Of a stretch of 64,000 bases of DNA, positions 55,036-61,974 are shown one piece after another. The stretch comes from Variovorax sp. GTDB lineage: Bacteria; Pseudomonadota; Gammaproteobacteria; Burkholderiales; Burkholderiaceae_C. Location of the stretch: positions 13,206 to 77,205 of the forward strand of contig JANOCL010000151.1 of assembly GCA_031412135.1 (NCBI GenBank), in the 5' to 3' direction. A program made the position numbers and the translations under genes. The first letter of the stretch is position 1; every line of letters starts with the position of its first letter. The notes under the pieces are model-generated. The model saw only the letters and a list, made by a program, of their open reading frames with translations, ran no database searches and was not told where the DNA came from.

Positions 55036-55917
55036 TCAGGCTTGCTGCACGAGCGCATATCCGTGGTCGAGCACGATGCGATCGCGTTCCGGCACGCGGC
55101 CGCGAAAGCGCAACGCGGCACCTTCGCGGAAGACCTCGACGCGCAGCATCTCGCCCGGAAAGACTGGCGCCGTGAAGCGCGCGAACAGGCTCTTGAGACG
55201 GGCCGGCTCGGCACCGGCGCAGCGCGTGAGCAATGCATGGCCGACGATGCCCCAGGTGCACAGCCCGTGCAGGATCGGCCGCTCGAATCCGGCAGCGATC
55301 GCGGTCTGCGGATCGGCATGCAGCGGATTGCGATCGGCGCACAGCCGGTAGAGCAAGGCCTGCTGCGGCAGCGTCGGTATGTCGATCACCTCGTCGGGCG
55401 CCCCGGTCGGCATCGGCGGCGGCGGCGACGGGGCCGCATCGCCGGGCCCTGCCTCGCTCGAGAAGCCGCCGTTGCCGCGCGCGAAGGTGGTGTGGGTCAC
55501 CGTGGCGAGCGCATCGCCGGTCGCGTGGTCGAACAGGTTCTTGTCGTAGCTGATGGTGGCGCCGCGCCCCGGCCCCTTGTCGACGATGCGGGTCACCCGA
55601 TGGCGGGCCACCACCGTGCCGGCGGCGGGCAGCGGCCGGTGCCAGACCACCTTCTCTTCGCCATGAACGATCTGCGCGAAGTCGATGCCGGTGGCCGCAT
55701 CCTGCATCCACGAACCCGGATAGCCGAGCACCACCGCCATGGTCGGCAGTGCCAGCGGCATGCCGGGCGCGGTGTCGTTCACGAAGCGCAACTGCGCCTC
55801 GTCCATCGGATCGCTGCCGACGCCGAGGGCGAGCGCATAGCGCATCGTGTCGTCCGCGGTGTAGCGGTGCACGATGTCGGCGAAGGGCCAGGCCTTCAGG
55901 CGCGCCGGATCGATCAC
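55036..55917 (-). CDS. MaoC-like (R)-specific enoyl-CoA hydratase, double hot-dog
   Basis: This is the 3' part of the chimeric track ORF 55036..56853. Start is the GTG at 55917 or the TTG at 55926. The hydratase-2 motif is present in YRLCADRNPLHADPQTAIAAGFERPILHG. Confidence 0.82.
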   Translation of the reverse strand: MIDPARLKAWPFADIVHRYTADDTMRYALALGVGSDPMDEAQLRFVNDTAPGMPLALPTMAVVLGYPGSWMQDAATGIDFAQIVHGEEKVVWHRPLPAAGTVVARHRVTRIVDKGPGRGATISYDKNLFDHATGDALATVTHTTFARGNGGFSSEAGPGDAAPSPPPPMPTGAPDEVIDIPTLPQQALLYRLCADRNPLHADPQTAIAAGFERPILHGLCTWGIVGHALLTRCAGAEPARLKSLFARFTAPVFPGEMLRVEVFREGAALRFRGRVPERDRIVLDHGYALVQQA

Positions 55918-55922
55918 GGTAT

Positions 55923-56885
55923 TCAATCGACTGTCGCGCCGGAGGCCTTGACCACCTTGGCCCACTTGTCGACCTCGGCGCGCAGGAAGGTGCCAAAAGC
56001 CTCCTGCGTGTTCCAGCTTGCCGCGAAGCCCTGCGCATCGAACTTGTCCTTGACTTCGGGCAGCGCGAGCGCCTTCTTCAATTCGGCATTGAGCCGCGCG
56101 ACCACTTCGGGCGGCGTGCCCGCCGGCGCGAGCAGGCCGTTCCAGGCGATCGCCTCGTAGCCCGGCAGGCCGCTTTCGGCAACCGTCGGTACGTCGGGCG
56201 CCGCCGGCGAACGCTTCGCGCTGGTGACCGCCAGCGCCTTCAGCTTGCCGCCCTTCACATGCGGCATGGCCGACAGCATGGTGTCGAACATCAGGTCGGT
56301 CTGGCCGGCGATCACATCGGTCAGCGCGGGCGCGCTGCCCTTGTACGGGATGTGCTTCATCTTCACGCCGGCGGTGGCGGCGAACAGTTCCGCCGACAGA
56401 TGCGTCGACTGCCCGTTGCCCGAAGAGGCGAAGTTGAGTTCGCCCGGCTTCGACTTGGCGAGTGCGATCAGTTCGGCCACGTTCTTCGCCGGCAGCGCCG
56501 GATTGGCCACGATCACCAGCGGCCCGCTGGTGAGTTGCGAGACCGGCGCAAAGTCCTTCAGCAGCTGGTAGTTGAGGTTCTTGAAGAGCGACGGATTGAT
56601 CGCATGCGCGGTGGTGGCCACCACCAGCGTGTAGCCGTCGGGGGCACTGCGCGCGACCAGCTCCGCGCCCGTATTGCCGCCCGCGCCGGCGCGGTTGTCC
56701 ACGATGAACTGCTGCCCGGTCTGCTCCGACAGTTTCTGCGCCATGATGCGCGCGACGATGTCGGTCGGGCCGCCCGGCGGGTACGGGACCACCAGCTTCA
56801 CCGGCTTGTCGGGATAGCCCTGCGCCTGCGCCGCGGTGACGGCCGCGAGGCACAGCGCTGCGAAGAATCGGATCGACGGATGCAT
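55923..56885 (-). CDS. Bug-family (TctC-like) substrate-binding protein
   Basis: 320 aa. Signal peptide MHPSIRFFAALCLAAVTAAQA, then PDKPVKLVVPYPPGGPTDIVAR and IPYKGS. Confidence 0.9.
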   Translation of the reverse strand: MHPSIRFFAALCLAAVTAAQAQGYPDKPVKLVVPYPPGGPTDIVARIMAQKLSEQTGQQFIVDNRAGAGGNTGAELVARSAPDGYTLVVATTAHAINPSLFKNLNYQLLKDFAPVSQLTSGPLVIVANPALPAKNVAELIALAKSKPGELNFASSGNGQSTHLSAELFAATAGVKMKHIPYKGSAPALTDVIAGQTDLMFDTMLSAMPHVKGGKLKALAVTSAKRSPAAPDVPTVAESGLPGYEAIAWNGLLAPAGTPPEVVARLNAELKKALALPEVKDKFDAQGFAASWNTQEAFGTFLRAEVDKWAKVVKASGATVD

Positions 56886-56930
56886 GGGTTTGTCTCCTGC
56901 TTCGTGGTTGAGTGAAAGGGCTACCGCGCC

Positions 56931-57308
56931 TCAGGCCGGCAACGGCGAAAAACGCAGCAGCACCCGGCCGTGGTGCTCGAAGAAGCCGGCCGCCACGCGC
57001 TGGCCGATCTGCACGCCCGGCAATGCATGGCCCATCAGCCGTGGTCCTTCGTCGAGGGTGACGAGTACCAGCGTGTACGGCGCGAGCGCGCGGAATTCAT
57101 CGGACGGCGCACGCGACACGACCGTGACCGCATGCACGCTGCCGGTGCCTGCGGCGGTGTTCCACGCCAACCGGCTGCTGCCGCAGTTCGTGCAGGCATA
57201 GCGGGCCAGCGTCTGGGCGGCTTCGCAGTCGGCGCAGCGCTGGAAACGCAGCGCGTGCTGCGCCAGGCCTTCGACGAACGGCGCGGCGAGCGCGCGCGCG
57301 GCAGTCAT
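56931..57308 (-). CDS. DUF35 OB-fold / zinc-ribbon protein (thiolase-associated)
   Basis: Internal ATG of track ORF 56931..58646, 125 aa. Zn-ribbon CADCEAAQTLARYACTNCGS, then an OB-fold region. Its start overlaps the stop of the thiolase-like gene (ATGA). Confidence 0.82.
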   Translation of the reverse strand: MTAARALAAPFVEGLAQHALRFQRCADCEAAQTLARYACTNCGSSRLAWNTAAGTGSVHAVTVVSRAPSDEFRALAPYTLVLVTLDEGPRLMGHALPGVQIGQRVAAGFFEHHGRVLLRFSPLPA

Positions 57309-58459
57309 TGCGAACCCCCTTGCGACAGCACCAGGCTCACATGCGAGGACATCACGCCGCCGTCCGCATGCACGAAGGCATGGCGCGGCCGCCGCAGCTG
57401 GCGCGCACCGGCCTGCCCGGTCATCTGGCGAAAGGCCTCGACCGTGTGGGCCATGCCGCCGGCGACGCCGCAGTGGCCGAAGGACAGCAGCCCGCCGTGC
57501 GTGTTGAGCGGCAGCCGCCCGGTGGCCGTGAAGTCGCCGCCGCGCGCCCGCTGCGCTGCGCCGCCGCGCGGCGCGAAGCCGATCTCCTCGAGCAGCATGG
57601 CCAGCGTGATGGTGAAGGAGTCGTAGATGCCGAGGTACTCGATCTCGTCCCTGTCGACGCCGGCCTGGTCGAACGCGCGCGCCGCGGATTCGGCCGCGCC
57701 GCACTGCATCACGTCGGCCATCGCGCTCAGGTGCTGGTGGCGGTGCGCCTGGCCGGCACCCGCCAGCACGACGCTGCCCTCTCCGCGCGCATCGGCCGAG
57801 ACCACCAGCGCCATGCCGCCGTCCGAGATCGGGCAGCAGTCCAGCAGCTTGAGCGGCGTGGCGATCGGCTTCGAGGCCAGCACGTCGGCCACAGAGACCG
57901 GCGCCGTCAGATGCGCATCGGGATGCCCGGCCGCGTTCGACCGCATCAGCACGGCGAGCTCGGCAAGGTCGGCTTCGCTGGTGCCGGTCTGGTGCATGTA
58001 GCGCGACGCGAGCAGGCCGTAGTAGGCCGGCACCGAGGCGCCGTTGGGCACTTCGAAGTCGGCTTCGCCGACCTGCGCGAGGGTCTGGATGGCGCTGTCG
58101 CGCGACTGGCCGCTCAACCGGTTCTCGCCGGCCACCACCAGCACGTTGCGGCAGCGGCCGGCACGCACCAGGTCGCGCGCGAGCATCAGCATCGCGGCGC
58201 CCGATGCGCCGCCGAGCTGCAGGCTGTGCGCATAGGCCGGCCGCAGCGAGAAGCGCTCGCAGAACAGGGTCGAGAGCATCAGGTGCGGCAAGGTGGTCGC
58301 ATAGCCGCACAGCACGCCGTCGATGCCGGCGCGGGGGACGCCCGCGTTGTCCAGCGCCCGCTGCGCGGCCTGCGCCATCAGGTCGAGAGCGCCTGCGCCC
58401 TCGTGCCGGCCGAAGGCGGTGTTTCCCGCGCCGACGAGGAAGGCGGTGGGCATGGCCAT
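57305..58459 (-). CDS. Thiolase-superfamily protein (SCP-x/Ltp-type); the nucleophilic Cys appears to be absent
   Basis: Internal ATG of track ORF 57305..58933. Family landmarks are LLDCCPISDGGMALVV, YDSFTITLAMLLEEIGF and NTHGGLLSFGHCGVAGG. The usual C(A/S)SG nucleophile position reads GGASG. Confidence 0.8.
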   Translation of the reverse strand: MAMPTAFLVGAGNTAFGRHEGAGALDLMAQAAQRALDNAGVPRAGIDGVLCGYATTLPHLMLSTLFCERFSLRPAYAHSLQLGGASGAAMLMLARDLVRAGRCRNVLVVAGENRLSGQSRDSAIQTLAQVGEADFEVPNGASVPAYYGLLASRYMHQTGTSEADLAELAVLMRSNAAGHPDAHLTAPVSVADVLASKPIATPLKLLDCCPISDGGMALVVSADARGEGSVVLAGAGQAHRHQHLSAMADVMQCGAAESAARAFDQAGVDRDEIEYLGIYDSFTITLAMLLEEIGFAPRGGAAQRARGGDFTATGRLPLNTHGGLLSFGHCGVAGGMAHTVEAFRQMTGQAGARQLRRPRHAFVHADGGVMSSHVSLVLSQGGSQ

Positions 58460-59310
58460 CAATGCACCCGCGCGCGGCTGCCGGCGCTGCGCGCGGCGAT
58501 GGCGCTCTGGTGCGCGGCGCCGCTCCAGAGCACTTCGCAGGTCGCGCATTCGCGCTGCAGCGCACGGGCCAGTTCGGCCTCGCGCGAGCTGATGCGGTCG
58601 TTGAGCGCCGCGATGCTGATCGCCCCGACCGGCCGGCCGTCGACACCGAGGATCGGCACGGCGATGCCGCCCATGCGCTCGACCACCACGTCGAGCAGCA
58701 CGGCGTAGCCGCGCTCGCGCGCCTGCGTCGCGTGCGCTTCGAGCAGTGCGGGCGTGATGCGCGGATAGCGTATCAGCTGCGGTGCGATGGCGACCAGCGC
58801 CGCCTGCCGCTCGCGCTCGGGCATCCAGGCCAGCAGCGCGAGGCTGCCGGCGCCGACGCCGAGCGGCCGGCGGCTGCCGACCGACAGGTAGTTGGCGCGG
58901 ATCGGGAAGCGGCCCTCCTCCACTTCGACGCACAGCGACTCGACGCCGCTGGGCAGCGAGAGGATCACGCTGTCCTCGAAGCTGCCGGTGAGTCGCAGCA
59001 GGCTGGGGCGCACCAGCGGACGCGGATCGAAGCGTGCAAGTGCGGCCGCGCCGAGCACCATCAGCTCGGCACCGAGGCTGTAGTGCTTGGTCTGCGCATC
59101 GCGCACCACGAAGCCGTCGCGCATCAGCACTTCGAGCAGGCGCAGTGCCGTGGTCTTGTCGAGGCCGGTGGCAACCGCGATGTCGGTCAGGCGCGCCACG
59201 CCCGGGTCGGACATGGCACGCAGGATGCGGCAGGCGCGCTCGACCGACGAGGTCGGCTCGGTGCCGCTGCTCACCAGCTGCGATGAAACGGTGCGGGGAC
59301 GAAGGGCCAT
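58459..59310 (-). CDS. IclR-family transcriptional regulator
   Basis: Track ORF 58459..59427; the preferred ATG is at 59310. HTH VERACRILRAMSDPGVARLTDIAVATGLDKTTALRLLEVL. An IclR effector domain follows. The stop overlaps the thiolase-like start (TGATG). Confidence 0.88.
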   Translation of the reverse strand: MALRPRTVSSQLVSSGTEPTSSVERACRILRAMSDPGVARLTDIAVATGLDKTTALRLLEVLMRDGFVVRDAQTKHYSLGAELMVLGAAALARFDPRPLVRPSLLRLTGSFEDSVILSLPSGVESLCVEVEEGRFPIRANYLSVGSRRPLGVGAGSLALLAWMPERERQAALVAIAPQLIRYPRITPALLEAHATQARERGYAVLLDVVVERMGGIAVPILGVDGRPVGAISIAALNDRISSREAELARALQRECATCEVLWSGAAHQSAIAARSAGSRARVH

Positions 59311-59337
59311 CGGTGTATCTCGGGTTGTCGGTTGAGT

Positions 59338-59356
59338 TGTTCCGATGAGCGGAACA
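59338..59356. promoter_or_regulatory. Inverted repeat TGTTCCG-ATGAG-CGGAACA; candidate IclR autoregulatory operator
   Basis: Read directly, 28-46 nt upstream of the IclR start. The flanking GAGTTG / CAACTC extend the symmetry imperfectly. Confidence 0.4.
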
Positions 59357-59410
59357 TCAACTCGGGCCACTTCATTGCAGTACCTGCCGATTGCATCGTC
59401 AAGCAAAGCC

Positions 59411-59461
59411 GAAAAAGTTTCTGCCAATGAAACTTTTCAAGGGAAAACCCGCGCAGCGGGT
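59411..59461 (-). terminator. Two hairpins downstream of comEC; the first looks like a rho-independent terminator
   Basis: Minus strand: ACCCGC-tgc-GCGGGT followed by TTTTCCCTT, starting 6 nt after the stop. Then AAAGTTTC-attggca-GAAACTTT followed by TTCGGCTTT. Confidence 0.6.
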
Positions 59462-59466
59462 GCGCC

Positions 59467-61857
59467 TCAGGGCCGGTGGTGCCAGTACCGCTGATTGCGC
59501 TCGCGCTCGCACGCCACCGCATCGGGCTGCTCGCTGGCCCAGTGCGCTGCGCCGCAGCTTGCGCTGTGCACCATCCGCACACTGCGCTCGGCATAGCGCG
59601 CGAGCACCTCCTCGGCCGGATGACCGAAGCGGTTGCGATAGCCGGCCTGGACGAACGCGATGCGCGGCTGCACCGCGTCCAGCAGCGCGGCGCTGGACGA
59701 GGTCTTGCTGCCGTGATGCGGAACCAGCAGCACGTCGGCGCGCAAGGCCGGCGTGCGCACGACCAGCGCGGCTTCCTGCAGGCGTTCGATGTCGCCGGCC
59801 AGCAGCGCCGTGGCCCGGCCGTTGCCGATGCGCAGCACGCACGAGATCGCATTCGGCTTGGTGAAGGTGGCGTAGTCGTCCGGATGCGGATGCAGCACCT
59901 CGAACGACACGCCGTCCCAGTCCCAGCGCTGGCCCGCTGCGCACCGCTCGGCGGGCCGCAGCTTCTGCAGCGGATGTGCAGTCTCGATGGACGAACGAAG
60001 CCGCGCCTGCGGCTGCATCGCAAGCACGGCCGCGGCGCCGCCGGTGTGATCGATGTCGCGGTGGCTCAACATCACGGCGTCGAGCCGCTCGTCGAACGCG
60101 CGCAGCAGCGGCACCAGCACGCGATGGCCGGCATCGCTTTCAAGGCTGTAGCGCGGGCCGGCGTCGTAGAGCAGGCTGTGGCTTGCGGTGCGCACCAGCA
60201 CGGCATTGCCCTGGCCGACATCGGCGGCGAGCAGTTCGAACTCGCCAACCGCCGGCCGCGGCGCCTGCCAGAGCAGCGCCGGCAACAGCAGCGGCAGCCC
60301 GAGCAGGCGCATCGACCACGGCAGCCGCATCGCGAGCAGCACGCCGCCCGCCACGCCGGCCACCGCGGCCCACAAGGGCGGCGCGGGTGCGGACAACGTC
60401 GCCCACGGCCATTGCGCCAACAACTGCAGCAGCAGCGCGAGCAGCCGCACCGCCCAGGCTGCCACGTCCCACAGCGGAGCGAACACTGCCCCGAGCATCG
60501 CCAGCGGCGTGATCACCAGCGTGACCCACGGGATCGCGAACGCATTGGCCAGCAGGCCGATGGCCGACACCTGATGGAACAGCAGCAGGCCGAGCGGCGC
60601 CAGCGCCAGCGTCACCGTCCACTGCTCGCGCCACAGGCGTGCCAGCCGGGCCGCGATTCGCGTGCTGTTGGCATCGGGTGCCGCCCCGCCGGCGGCGAAC
60701 AGCACGCCGACCGCGACGAAGCTGAGCCAGAAGCCCGGCTGCATCAGTGCCCACGGATCGATCGCCACCACCACGGCGCAGGTGAAGAGCCAGATGAAAG
60801 GCCACGGCCAGTGCCGGCCGGAAAGGCGCAGCAAGGCAACGGTTGCCAGCATCCACACGGTGCGCTGCGAAGGCAGCCCCCAGCCGCTGAACAATGCATA
60901 GAGCGCCGCGAGCAGGACGCCGCCGGCGAGTGCCGCATGCGGGGCCGGCCAGCGCAGCATCAGCCGCCCGCTGCGGCGCCAGAGCGCCCCCACGACCAGC
61001 GCGGCGAGCCAGGCGAACATCGTGATGTGGAGCCCCGAGATCGACATGAGATGCGCCACGCCGGTGGCCCGGAACACATCCCAGTCGGCGCGGTCGATCG
61101 CGTTCTGGTCGCCGGTCACCAGTGCCGCGATCACGCCGGCCAGCTTGCGGTCGGCCACCCGCTCGAACACCGCATCGCGCACCTTCTCGCGCGCCCGTTC
61201 GATGCGGTGGCGGCCGCTGTCGCCGAGGCGCTCGGGACGCGCATTGCCGCTGCCGCCTCGCACGTAGCCCGACGCGTGCACACCCAGCTCCCATTGCCGC
61301 AATTCATGGTCGAAGCCATGCGGATTGAGATTGCCGTGCGGTGCCTTGAGCCGCACGGTCAGGCGCCAGCGTTCGCCGGCATGCACCGGCGCCGGCACTG
61401 CGGACGTCTCCGAATACCAGCCGAGCGAGATGCGTGCCGGCACGCGCGGCAAGCCGATGGCGCCTTCGCGGGCGAAGCGGGCCGACTCGACATCGAACCG
61501 GAAGCGCACCGCGCCGTCGTCCGGCTGCGTCATCTGCGAGACCAGGCCGACGAGCTGCAGGTCCTGCCCTTCCAGCGCCGGCGCGAGCGCATCGCCTGCA
61601 TAGGCCACGGCGCGCCAACCGGCGAGGCCGCCGCCGGCCATCGCGCCGAGAAGCAGCATGAGCATGAGCGGCAGCATCCCGCGCCGAACGCGCCAGCGCA
61701 GATGCAGCAGGCAGGCCGCGACAGCGCCGAGCAGGGTGCCGGCATAGACACTCCAGTGCCACAGCGCGGCCTGCTGCAACTGCAGCGCGGCGCCCAGCAC
61801 CGAGCCTGCCAGCACGGCGAAAAATCCGAGGCCGCCAGTGTCCCTGCGGGGCCTCAA
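59467..61857 (-). CDS. comEC: DNA internalization-related competence protein ComEC/Rec2
   Basis: 796 aa. Polytopic competence domain, plus a C-terminal metallo-beta-lactamase domain (VGQGNAVLV and LSHRDIDHTGG). Confidence 0.88.
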   Translation of the reverse strand: MRPRRDTGGLGFFAVLAGSVLGAALQLQQAALWHWSVYAGTLLGAVAACLLHLRWRVRRGMLPLMLMLLLGAMAGGGLAGWRAVAYAGDALAPALEGQDLQLVGLVSQMTQPDDGAVRFRFDVESARFAREGAIGLPRVPARISLGWYSETSAVPAPVHAGERWRLTVRLKAPHGNLNPHGFDHELRQWELGVHASGYVRGGSGNARPERLGDSGRHRIERAREKVRDAVFERVADRKLAGVIAALVTGDQNAIDRADWDVFRATGVAHLMSISGLHITMFAWLAALVVGALWRRSGRLMLRWPAPHAALAGGVLLAALYALFSGWGLPSQRTVWMLATVALLRLSGRHWPWPFIWLFTCAVVVAIDPWALMQPGFWLSFVAVGVLFAAGGAAPDANSTRIAARLARLWREQWTVTLALAPLGLLLFHQVSAIGLLANAFAIPWVTLVITPLAMLGAVFAPLWDVAAWAVRLLALLLQLLAQWPWATLSAPAPPLWAAVAGVAGGVLLAMRLPWSMRLLGLPLLLPALLWQAPRPAVGEFELLAADVGQGNAVLVRTASHSLLYDAGPRYSLESDAGHRVLVPLLRAFDERLDAVMLSHRDIDHTGGAAAVLAMQPQARLRSSIETAHPLQKLRPAERCAAGQRWDWDGVSFEVLHPHPDDYATFTKPNAISCVLRIGNGRATALLAGDIERLQEAALVVRTPALRADVLLVPHHGSKTSSSAALLDAVQPRIAFVQAGYRNRFGHPAEEVLARYAERSVRMVHSASCGAAHWASEQPDAVACERERNQRYWHHRP

Positions 61858-61974
61858 TCCACCACTCCCGACGACATCGCAATCACTCCCTTGCCCGCTC
61901 TGTGGCGCGCTAATTGCTAAACCCGTCGGCTAGTATGCGTCTCACCCCGAGCACCCTCGACGCACCGAGAACAA

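Noticed and set aside
59476-61920. 814-aa plus-strand ORF covering comEC. Related cases are the 653-aa minus-strand ORF 61942-63903 over the transglutaminase gene, the 821-aa ORF 50732-53197, the 549-aa ORF 49365-51014 and the 456-aa ORF 46854-48224.
   Set aside because: Same reasoning. Their composition is dominated by R, A, G, P, Q and H. The opposite-strand or other-frame ORFs carry ComEC, transglutaminase, acyl-CoA synthetase, ATP-grasp and DUF418 motifs.
61858-61974. Search for a sigma70 promoter in the comEC/transglutaminase divergent region (TTGCTA and TAGTAT hexamers).
   Set aside because: The hexamers are only 11 nt apart. With a 17-nt spacer the -35 would be CGCTAA, so no credible promoter could be assigned.
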